Under the pieces are notes generated by a model. The model ran no database searches. It was not told where the DNA came from and saw nothing but the letters and a program-made list of their open reading frames with translations. 34,192 bases of DNA from Perkinsus chesapeaki ATCC PRA-425 (taxonomy: Eukaryota > Protista > Perkinsozoa). Below, piece by piece: positions 24,201 to 34,192 of this stretch. Within the stretch, counting starts at the first letter, position 1, and each line of letters opens with the position of its first letter. Location of the stretch: positions 1 through 34,192 of the forward strand of contig JAAPAO010000384.1 in the NCBI GenBank assembly GCA_013115145.1, given 5' to 3'. The translations under genes were made by a program, and so were the position numbers.

Positions 24201-27200
24201 GGCTTCAATTATTCTATTGAAATATATTATACATAAATTAATAGAGAAGATGATAGTGGAAGACTGCCAGTCTTGACTTTTGAAATTATTGGAATAGCTA
24301 GTTCAATTATTAGTATGTATAATTTCTACAAATTATTATACTGATAGTTGGAAGTATTTCACTTTTCTTCCGAACCTCAGACGCGCCGTCGTCATCGGTC
24401 CTGTCCCGAGGAGATGTTTCGATGGGATCGTCCGAGAATCCCTCCCGAGTGGTCCAGGAAAGAGTTTGTAATAATATCGCCGCTCGTCATCATCGCTCTT
24501 TCATTGCACTGTTTGTTAGGCACGGTGTTAGGGCTGAAAGACGAGGATGCTATCTTGGGGATATTGATTAAGAAAATTGTTACCAATTTGCAGCATAGAT
24601 ACACTTTGGAGTCGGTGTTGAAGAGTAATAGGGGGGCCTGGGGTGGCAAGTGGTGACAGGGAGTAGAGTGCAGTTAGGCAGGACGCCAAATGTATAGTAT
24701 AAATTAGCGGATAATATTTTTGGTTGATTCATAGATTGCTGAATTCTATTGTATTATATTTGTTAGCCGAATCCCCACGGATAGGTCATATTTTACGGGA
24801 TGGCTCTAATGAATGGTTTCCCAAGTGCACATGATATTTGAAGTTGAACTCTTCGGGTTTGCATCTCATACGAACGCAATCGAATGTATTCGCAGGAACG
24901 ATGAATCGAATGTCTCCGGAAACTGTAGTGGATGGACCAGGGGGATTTTTTAGGGACTCAATCGCATAAAGTGCAGAGGAGATTACTATTGTTGTTGTCA
25001 GGGACGTTGGCGTACTTTTACGAATTAGCAGCTGGGGTTAATATAGTGCATTCGGTTGATAAAATGAGCCCTCATTTGATTATCAGTGGCAAATTACTGT
25101 TGAAGAACGACACGGTAATAATGGGAATACATTTGCGAAGAAGAGTTGGAAAAATTACCTGGTCTGCAGATGGAAATATTTAGGGAACAGTAATTGATTG
25201 CATCTCCTCTGTGGCCCTTTGGAGGCGTGCAAAGCTATGAAACTGGAAGGTTGTATACGTTTGTCCAATTTTTGACGGGTTCATTGATATTTTCTGAAAA
25301 TGAGTATTAAGCTGCTCGTATTGAAGGAGAAATGGAAGTGAACTGCTGGTCATTGCATTCTAGAAAGGCTAGTGTGGTAGTTATATTGTTTGGCTTGTGG
25401 GGCAAAAGGACGTCTGTATTTTATCGGGAATGTTTTCGATGGTCTTCTATGGAGACAGTTTTGGGGGGGGCCACGGGGATTGGGGAGATCATTAGCAAAG
25501 ATGTAGGTAGATCACAGGGGCTGTGATTGTGATAGTAAATGGTGGCTTAGTAATATAAAGTGTTTTTTGGATATTTGATTGTAATATAAATGCAGTTGAC
25601 GCAGCAATGCATTTATGTGATAGACGCGGAAGCTAAAAGACAATCGCACCTGAAAAAATAATTTTGTGTGTAAAAATCGTTCGATTGCTTCCGTCTATTC
25701 TTCTGTTATGTCAGGTTCGTCATTTGATGGCCAACCATGCGAGTTCGACTTTGGGCTTTCTTCACGCAGGCCCGAAATATGGTCGTTATCGTAGGGAGCA
25801 GCATAATCGTTTGTGTTTTTTTCACCCACTTTTGTTAGGTACACAGTATTATGCTACTCTGGGCAAGTTACTGTTTATGGAGTGTCGAGATGGAACAACA
25901 AGCACGAGCGCTTTGGAGACATTTAACGCGTTTATGATGCCGCAGTATCAGGTACCGGGGAACTTGGGAAAAATTTGGGGAAATTTTTCCGAGATTTTTG
26001 GGGGATGTTGAAATTGGTATGGTACATTTTATTGTAATATTTGTCAAGTAATTTCGTGATGAATTGACTTTTAAAAATGCCTAGGAAAATTCTGGAATGA
26101 GCCTACAGGTAATGAATAACACAGTTTATCACGGAAAAGCATCCTTCTCAAGAATTCGCCATGATTTTGTTAATTTCAGGTGCTGGAGCGGCTATGGCAG
26201 GCCGCTAACACTGGCGATGGATCCGCCCTCCGGAGCGAGCAACTGCGATTGCCTTTAATTGGCCTTTGTCGGGATTTGAGGGGGATATGTCAAGCTTGCG
26301 TTTCACATGACATGTACAAACGGTTGGGGAATTATTCACACAATCGGAGTATTTTACGAAAGTATAATCGTTTGATAGGTACACCATATTGTTTAACTGG
26401 TTAGTGGATAACCCGAAGCAGCCGCAGAATTGCAAGATTACAGTTTTCTCGGCGGCGCTGAATTTCTACTGGGACGACCCGGAGGTCACGACACCCCTGT
26501 TGAAATTTGTACGCGAGTTCGATTCCCGGGCGGGGCATTTTTAAATTGCTGTTTAGGTTGCGGAGTTTGTTTATAATAAAGCTCAGCGTATTAATTTCGA
26601 CCAGAATTCTCCAAATGGGATATTGCTGTTCCGAGAAGCTTCAAAGATATTAGTGGCATACAGTCAGAGGATCCTGCAAAGGGAGCAGAGTCATGTAGTA
26701 CGGAGGGGAAGAGCGGGGGGGAAATGGAAAGGCAGATGGAAATTTTCATATGTCATCATCACCGAGCATGTTATCCTTTGTATTGCTGTCAACTCAGTAG
26801 CTTTGATATTCGGTACTTAGTATTGCTCATTATTGTGTAATATTTGCTCTTCCTTTCTGTGGGTGAGACTCCTATACGTAGACCTGGTAGCTTCTTATTA
26901 ACTCCCTTTGTTGAACCTATTCACCTAAATTTATTATTATTCGGCTCGATTGTGCTCGATACGTAATTCACACCTCCTTCATTTAGTTAGTGTCACTTCT
27001 CTCTGCTAAAAGGGGTTTTTAATATTTTCTGTTGGAGTCCATTTATATTTTTCTGTCTTGTTACTTTTCCTTCCTTCAGCTTCCGGTGTACAAGGATATC
27101 TATCATGAGAAGTACAAGGGGATCGGATGTGTTTTGGAATTATTCAGCAACGCTCTTCATGGCAACTACACAAACTTTGGAGTGTTTGAATTGTAATAGG

Positions 27201-28757
27201 GGGGATTTGAACCGGGGGTCTTTGGATTCTTGGAGAAGCGCTCCCCCTGTTGAGCAGATATAACGACAATTCGCTGTCGATGTCGCTCTCGTTGGCGTTG
27301 AAGTTGTGCATGTCCATCCCTATCTCCGATCTGATGAGCTATCTCAAGTGCTTGAAACCGTAAGGTGGAAAAATTGGAAAAATTCTTAATTTTTTTCCGT
27401 CAGATTTTTCATGTTCTTGGAATTGGCAACGAGGAATCACGCCAAGTTGGTGTGTGAAGTGGCGGAATCTAGAGAGCAACTTGGTAGGGTTTAAATCGAT
27501 CACCTGGGCGCGCGCTAAATGCATCATCATCATCGTCGTTGTTGCTGTCAGCTGGGTTGATTCGGGCCCTGGAGGAAGGATTGACGTCATTCGATTCGAG
27601 CGTTTGCATGCAGTGTTGCGCGAGCATTGACAACCTGTGCACATTCTTCTATGATATCGGCCATACGGGGGTCGGCTCGTCGGTCGGGGGAGGTAGGATG
27701 AAACGGTTGATCGATTTGGGGATATGACAGTCACAGGCACGGCAGCGACAGCTGAAGATGTTGCGAGGATCACTCAGGGATTGCTTGTTCCGGGGGGAGC
27801 GGTCGATGCGGAATTGCGGAGGGTTTTGAATTTAATGTTGCAATTGATAATGGCGGGAGAGTTCAACTCGACGTGGAGCATATCAAGGCCGATACTGGCG
27901 CTCATTTTAATGTAAACAGGGATGGGAGTGTTGGTGAATGATAAGGTTGTAATATTCACAGTGCGTAGGATACCTATAGTTGAGAATACGGTTTAGTATT
28001 ATTTTTGACGTTGGCATCTGGAAAGGTGGCGGGGTGTTTATGAACACTTAGCGCTTCTGAGATTTACGGTGTGTTAAACTTTGATAGAGTGTCAAGACGG
28101 TAATTAGTAAATAATCAGAATGCATATCCTATATTTATAAAGTATTAGATCTATACCTCATTATATGTATAATTAATATTATGGAAGTGTGTAATGGAGC
28201 TTGATTCTCGATAGGCGGCGCAACATTTGGATATCATATCCTGCTCAGTTGTGGTAAAATTGTGAATTTCATGCTACTGGGGATGACTGCGTTTTCTGAG
28301 GGAAAGTCGGTATGAAGCGTTCATGTTTGTGTAGGTTCAAGGATACGTATTCTCAAGCTCAAGAGTTAATTGTTAGACAGCAACCGACAGAGGATCGTCA
28401 ACAGTAGTTTGGGAGAGGAGTGAATCTTGCAATCTTGCATTTCCTCAACGCAGATACGTCGCGAAGTGCTTCTCTGAGCTGATGGTGGGTGTGACTGATA
28501 GTCTTCAAACGAAAAACAGAGATCATTTCACGCGGAATATGTAATGAAACTGATAGGGGGTCGCGGGTTCGAACCCCGGCGGGAGCGATTTTTCATTATC
28601 TGATAATTGGTTTTATGAATATAATAAGAATTTTATCATATGAGTTGCTCCTAGAGCGCGAATGTGGTTTTTCCGTAAGCGAAAGGTCGGTGGTTCGAAT
28701 CCCGGCGGGGGTATTTTCAGGTATCACTTTGCTCAAGCGGTGCGATCAAGCAGCTAG
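18290..28757 (+). CDS. XPO7: Exportin-7 / RanBP16 family karyopherin, many exons
   Basis: [17 protein letters not shown]..., [142 protein letters not shown], and C-terminal [21 protein letters not shown]. Confidence 0.93.
19749..19856. repeat. 55-bp tandem duplication in an XPO7 intron
   Basis: AATATGTTACTAGTGATACGGAG(G/A)AGGAGATATAATAG(A/G)AAGGAGTTTGATAG occurs at 19749 and 19804. Confidence 0.93.
21683..21760. repeat. AT-rich low-complexity tract (TAAAAGAG-like units) in an XPO7 intron
   Basis: ATAAAAAGTATATAAAAGAGTATAAAGAGTAAAAGAGTAAAAGAGTGTAAAAGTATAAAGAGTAT. Confidence 0.8.
22894..23253. mobile_element. 360-bp Tc1/mariner-type MITE with about 125-bp TIRs and TA TSD, in an XPO7 intron
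   Basis: TA|CAGGGTGTCCCGGAAAAAATGTG...CCATGATGAT (22894-23020) is the inverted copy of 23130-23253 (...CACATTTTTTGGGACACCCTG|TA). There is no transposase coding capacity. Confidence 0.93.
26513..26542 (+). pseudogene. tRNA 3'-end fragment in a 48-nt intron (26509-26556)
   Basis: GT AC GCGAG TTCGATT CCCGG GCGGGGC A TTTTT reads as T-arm, 7-nt acceptor strand, discriminator and oligo-T, starting 4 nt after the donor G. Confidence 0.6.
27200..27255 (-). pseudogene. Antisense tRNA pseudogene occupying a 65-nt intron (27193-27257)
   Basis: Minus strand GCTC AACAGGGG GAGC G CTTCT CCAAGAA TCCAA AGACC CCCGG TTCAAAT CCCCC has an intact D-stem, a consensus B box and exactly canonical 44-nt spacing from position 10 to the T-loop. 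The anticodon stem is unpaired. Confidence 0.65.
28556..28593 (+). pseudogene. tRNA 3'-half relic near the donor of the last XPO7 intron
   Basis: GGGGGTC GCGGG TTCGAAC CCCGG CGGGAGC G ATTTTT, about 15 nt after the GT at 28541. Confidence 0.65.
28647..28717 (+). pseudogene. tRNA relic (Thr-CGU-like 3' half) ending at the last XPO7 acceptor
   Basis: GCTCCTA...CGT AA GCGAA AGGTC GGTGG TTCGAAT CCCGG CGGGGGT A TTTT then CAG and the exon. The D-arm is decayed, so the isotype is tentative. Confidence 0.65.
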
Positions 28758-29460
28758 TTATAATGCTAATAACGTTAAATGAATAAACATATACTGGACA
28801 AGTCAGACTGTTATTCTGGGTTTCCTATTACACTTAGTTTTGGAGTTAAGTATTGAATTCGGGTATCATAGGTTGACGCGAGGATTTCATATCGAAAAAG
28901 ATATTTCAAGACCCAGAGGGTTCCACTATTCCAGCTGCCGCCTGCTGTAGTGGATGATATGGAATCGAACAATATGTCTTTTCCCGGGAGATTTCCTATG
29001 CCAGGAGACATAGACGAGGCATAGACATAGACAGGCAGACGAGGCAAAATTTGCGAAGTGCAAGTAGCCCAGTGTGGCGGAGTGTAGTGGGTCGGGGAAG
29101 GAATAGTAGTTCTCGAACACTCGAAGTAGGCACTGAAAATGGCAAGGAGTTTGGATAGTTCGGGATGAAACCAACTGGGGAAGCTGTGCCTTAAAGTGTT
29201 GATCCCTTGATTAGCGTATGCTTTAGAGAGAGTACTTAATCTTTATAGGGAACAAGTCCCTTTTCGCTTTAGGCAGTTCGAAGTGGTGATGTCCTGTGCG
29301 TTCTGTGTGAATACTCATTTTTGTTGAAGTGTTCTCCACGGAACTTCACGGTAGCTCAGTCAAACCACATTTGCTTTCAGTTAGCCGATCCGCCAGGTAT
29401 TTGACGGCTTTTAGTTTTTCTTACTCTTTTCCGTTTGAATGTCTTTTTGGAATTTCCTAG

Positions 29461-32400
29461 GTCTCGGTGGGGATGAGGAGGCTCAGAAGCCGCCGGCACC
29501 GGCCAGCGGAGGAGCAGCTAAGAAAATAGAGATGGTAATAGACGGGGGAATCGAAGTGGGGACTTCTGGTTGTTTGTAGGGGCCAGACCGCTCGCCCACG
29601 CCACCACAAGGGAGTTCGCCAAGCGTGTTCCGTACGTCGATAACGCCGTCTGTTAATACGGGAGGGTATGCTGCTCCGGCGGTGCCAGTACCTGTGGCGC
29701 GGAGACAGACCTCGACACAAAAGCAAAGTGTATGGGGAGCGAGCGAAAGAAGTAATAACTAGGGAGGAAGGCATCCTGTGAAAAGTACTTTATCTTCCCT
29801 TGGCGATGGTTAAGTCGTCGGTGATGGGGCGTGTAGTTCAGTGGGAGTTTATTACAATTGTACAGACTGTAATGAGGCGTAATGCACTGGTAAGGGGTAT
29901 TATTAACGTCGTCATCGTTATCGTCTTGGAATATAAGCAGTAAGATGATAAATAGGTCCATGGATAGGGACGGCTTGTAGCCAGCCACTTATTGATTTTG
30001 CTAAGTGTTTGGGTGGGCTCGTTGTATTGCCTAAATTATAAGCACTCGGGCGCTATCAGTAGTATCGAAGTAGGATTTGCTACTATTGTCTCCTTACTTT
30101 AGCATTATCAGGTTCGTCTATAAGCAGTAGCATCGCCTCTGCACCCTGTAAAACAGTGTCATCGGCGAGTCCTAGTCGATTCAGTTTTGTAAATAAGCCC
30201 GCGACATCATCCTCCACTCCAACAGCAGGACCGAGTGCTTTCGGTTTTATCAATCGACCGCCGGTTCAACGAAGTGCGGCTAACCCTCCGCCGCCTCCTC
30301 CACCTCCACCAGCGGCAGCGAAAACGCCCAGCTCGTCGGTTGGGGTTAAGTCACCGACGAACTCTGTGGGAGATTTGGGGAGCAAGGAGGGCAGTGTTCG
30401 GCAGACTTTACAGAGTCCTAGGGGGGCAGGAGGCTTTGGGATAGAGCTTCAAAGTGTAATGATTTCATACCGTATTTTGGTTTGATCGTGTTTGATGGGC
30501 AGTCGCGGAAGATGTATAGGGATGAACGGACTCAACTGAGTGTCCGAAGAAAGGGGAAGTTGGGAGAGCAAAAGGAGGCAGTTTTGAGCGTATTGAGGAG
30601 CGCTTCACGAGAGAAGGAAGCTGTAGCGCAATTAAGGGATGTGTTGGAGCGGCAGAATAGGATGGTGGAAGCGGTAGTAGAGGGGAGTGTTACTACATTC
30701 TGGGGGGGAGGGGGGGAATAATAAATCGCCTTACTTATATCTGAGTCTTGGACAATTATTATTGACTATTAAACAATTAATCTGCGTCTTAGTAAATGAT
30801 AGGTATCTTTACCCGGAAATGGGGAGTTGATTCAGAGAGAATTTATTTAGTTATTTATTGTTATTTTTTAGGAGCTCTACGATGAGGCTTCTGACCTAGA
30901 TAATGAGGTGGCAAGTGCAAGGGAAGCATTTATAGGGTTGTGGCGGGGAATGGCCAATCGAGCGGAGCAGATTAAATCGACTGATGTAGTAGATGGGCGG
31001 AAATCGATCAAGTGATCGTTTTGGTGATTCCAGGCGGCATTGAGGGATCTTGACGAGGAGAATAAGCAGATGGCAATGGCACGGATGCATTCGGTGGAGG
31101 AGTAATAGAGGGGTATACGGGGAGGTGGATCGAATGTGATGTAACGGATGGGGAAATGTACACTTTTTGGCTGTCTTAGAAAACGGTGTGGATCATACAT
31201 GACATATATTTGTACGTAATACTCGGTATCAGTATCATTTAGAGTGCAAACTATTGTACCATGCACCCCACTTTAATCAGCAGCTGGGCGCGGTCATTTA
31301 GATTCTCCCCGTTTCAACGTTATCTAGGTCGAAGAAGGGCTCTTAAGGGCGGATTCGATCTCATCTGTAGACGAGGATTTTTCAGGCAAATAAAGGAGCT
31401 TGAATCCGGAAAGGATACCGACTTTAGTTCGATAAATAACAGTCGACTGAAGCAGCAAAGGGCTGTTTTGGAGGCGGATGTTAAAGGATTAGAAGAGATG
31501 AAGGAGGCTAATTCAGCGGAAGAGTAATAGGGGGAACTGGACCGTGGCGGGGGGGGCGGGTTGAACGAAATCCTTGGCAATTTTTTTCGGGTAAGTTTGG
31601 CAAATTTTACCCGTCTTTTATCATATACTTGTAGCGTTTTTATTGTGAATTCGGTTGTTGGTTGTGGCGACTTACGGGGCGTCGAAATTGCGTAGAACGA
31701 ATTGATCATTATTTGGTCAGAGCCGAAGTTAAAGCGGCTCGATCGTCGGTGGAGGAAGCGATTAAGGAAACGACGGCTCCGATAGAAGTAGAGAGACAAC
31801 GGGCTATTGAGGAGAGGGACGAAATCGATCAGACGATCGATAAGCTGGAGAAGGAGTTGGCCGAAATGAGGTCATAGGGTCGGGATTTGATAACAGTGGC
31901 GTCGATGGTCAGACTGTGTTTAGGAGGCGACTTTAGCGGAGCGAAGTGATTTTTATTGTCGTAATTTTCAGGAAGAAACGAGAGGAATGTACAGGCAGAA
32001 TTAGCGGGTTCGATGAGCGGATAGATGAATCACGTGGGAAGGTACTCGAGGGGGGGATGCCTTCTTCGGGCGAAGTGACTTTGTGAAGATCTTGTAGGCA
32101 TCCGAGAGGACCTTCCTTTTCGGTTAGATATTTCTGGTTGAGATTTGAAACTCATCCTCAAGTTGATTTACGCCGTGGTGTTTACCGCGCGCCACAAAAT
32201 TGCTTGATGGTCGGTCGTTTTGTAGTGGAGATTAATAAGGGTGTTTTTATCGTTTAATTTTGAGGTCGTGTAGAAAGCATAGTTTGTTCAGTTCAACGCG
32301 GAGCTGGATAATGTTAAAGCAGCTGAGGAAAGATTGGGCAGAAAAGTAAAAGCTATGGAGTTGAAGGAAGAGATAATAGAAAAGCAAAGGAAGATGATAA

Positions 32401-34192
32401 ATGATGAGTAGTAATCGGTTGGTGGGTGGCACGGTTGTGTTAATATCATCTGTGGAGTGAGCGACATATCTAGTACAAGTGTATGCAATATAAATATATT
32501 CTTTTAAAAAGTTATAAGTAAAATGAATTATGTGAGTATCAATGTACGGCAGAGGTACTTCTATTTATAAATATCGGTGTTCCTGGAATCATTCCTAATA
32601 TTTGCTAATTTTTGTAATCTGTAGGGAATGTTGGCCTTGCGCTGGTTTTTGTGTTCTTCATCCATGTGATCTGTCCTCCGGATTGATGGTAATAAATTTT
32701 CACGGTGAGCATATCTTCGATCTTCAGAGAGAAGGAAGTCGATAAGCGTCGTGAGGAGAAGTTGGAATGCAGTAGGAAGTTGAAACGAGACATCGATGAG
32801 CTGGAAAAGATATGTAACGGCACTGATAAGAAGGTAAGATTTTAGTTGGATGCCCGGTGGCAAAGGGAATTTTTTGGGGGAAATTTTTTAAAGTTTTGGA
32901 AAATCTTGGTACTTTTCCCGTATGAAGTTTTAATAGTTCTGAAGCAACAGGAGGAGGGGATGATATTCTAGCTGCCGGTAAGGATGAAATATTCTTATAC
33001 TGTTGGCAGGTTTCATGCTCCCTAAAACTGTCTCCGACAATCGACGCTGGAATCAACCTAATTCTGGAAGGAGCTCAACTGCGAACAAAACTGAGAACGG
33101 AAGTGGGCTAATAGCGGAGGAAAAATCAGTATGAGAAGCTTAGGTCAAGGAAGTGACCGAGAAGCTGTCATCCCTCGATCTGGAGATGAACCGAGTTCGA
33201 AGTCAACTTCACCTTCTGCAGCAGCGTCGTCCGCAAGTGGGCAAAAATTTTGGGGATTTTTGTGATTTTTTTCTGTCAGATAGAAGAGGAGAAACAGCAA
33301 GCTGTTCGATCGAGGATGTTTGGTGAGGCGAAGAATCTTTCGGTGAGCTGCGGTGTTGCTTACTTTTCGAGAGAAACGGAAAAATAGTTTGATTCGGAAG
33401 AATTATATTTTTGGGAGGAGAGAACTTGCCGATACTAGTAGCAGTTTGATTGTGCTATAGTGAAGCTCTCATTATCATTTACATTAATTATTTAAAAACG
33501 TCCCCGGGTAGGATAGAACCCGCGACCTTTCCCCTCGTCAGGCCGAAGCAAAATCCCTTGACGAGTCGATTGCCTCCACGGAGGCGTCCCTCAGCGGTCT
33601 TCGGAATCAGAGCGCTGAACTTCGGGAGAAGCTTGAGGGAATCCAAAGAAAGGAAGACGATTTGCTGGATGACAGTCGAGGCGGTGAGCGGATGGAAAAA
33701 CTTCGCTCCGCCGTATTTTGTTGTCAGATAGCGGAAGTTGCCGAAGTATCGTCCGCAACTTGGGGCTGGCGGTGAGGACCCGCCTCAACGCCCTTCGGAA
33801 ACTGGAAGCGCAGGATGTCGAGGGGGTCAAGGCTGAGTTGGAAATGTGAGTTTGGGGGGAACAGCGTGGAATTGGTGTGGAGGTGTGCGTTAGGATGGAA
33901 AGTGTTGAAGCCGAGATTGAGAACCTGTTGACTGAGGAGGAAGTGAAGAGTATTGAGATGGAGGCTGAAAAGATCGGAGAGAAATTAGGAGGGGAAACTG
34001 CGGAGCAATCGAAGGTCGAAGAGAAACGAGTGGAGGAGGAACCTGCTGGTGGATCGACGAAAGAAGCAATTGTGGAAGAGAAGGCTCCAGTTGAGGTCAC
34101 CACGGAGGAAAAGGCTGCGGTTGAGGTCACCACGGAGGAAAAGGCTGCGGTTGAGGTCACCACGGAGGAAAAGGCTGCGGTTGAGGTCACCA
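29461..34192 (+). CDS. Long Pro/Ser-rich then coiled-coil hypothetical protein; 5' end unresolved, runs off the right edge
   Basis: Exons GLGGDEEAQKPPAPA.., GPDRSPTPPQG..ASER and a phase-1 intron (29752-30156) lead into MSSASPSRFSFVNKP..PPPPPPPPP. Heptad-rich exons follow (QIKELESGK..., EERDEIDQTIDKLEKELAEM, AEAKSLDESIASTEASLSGLRNQSAELREKLE) and then an acidic repeat tail. No family is recognised. Confidence 0.7.
33494..33530 (-). pseudogene. Antisense tRNA 3'-half relic (Asn-like end) next to a splice acceptor
   Basis: Minus strand AAAGGTC GCGGG TTCTATC CTACC CGGGGAC G TTTTT. The host acceptor AG is at 33540-33541, about 10 nt from the recognisable relic. Confidence 0.55.
34081..34192 (+). 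repeat. 30-bp coding minisatellite, at least 3.7 copies, encoding KAAVEVTTEE
   Basis: AAGGCT(GCG/CCA)GTTGAGGTCACCACGGAGGAA units at 34081, 34111, 34141 and 34171 (truncated), in frame with the upstream acidic exon. Confidence 0.95.

Noticed and set aside
28872-29024. Open frame VDARISYRKRYFKTQRVPLFQLPP...DIDEA*
   Set aside because: It could be a 5' exon of the downstream gene or a small gene, but no consistent splice path or homology could be established.
33591-34190. 199-aa minus ORF with (TSTAAFSSVV)n, mucin-like
   Set aside because: It is the antisense of the plus-strand exons, which have proper splice sites and frame continuity.

Overview
Eukaryotic, intron-rich genomic DNA. Gene content (alveolate-like exportin-7 and mS23) and many 40-70 nt GT-AG introns suggest a Perkinsus-like alveolate (inference). 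Splicing by hand gives six genes on the minus strand left of about 17.85 kb: a partial hypothetical gene, a RAD5-type SNF2/RING helicase, two tandem small Romo1/Mgr2-like membrane proteins not resolved in the ORF track, a FIG4-type SAC phosphatase and mitoribosomal mS23. Two genes lie on the plus strand to the right: exportin-7 and a long coiled-coil protein ending in a 10-aa repeat at the window edge. Mobile DNA comprises a decayed RT/RNase H relic in a RAD5 intron, an internally deleted Tc1/mariner element and a related MITE. The most unusual signal is a graded series of tRNA sequences in introns: two intact intronic tRNAs, a 65-nt intron that is almost entirely an antisense tRNA pseudogene, and four tRNA 3'-end fragments with oligo-T tails at or near splice sites. 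Several short introns are also built from roughly 10-nt periodic A/T tracts. Exon boundaries are manual and were not checked against RNA data.
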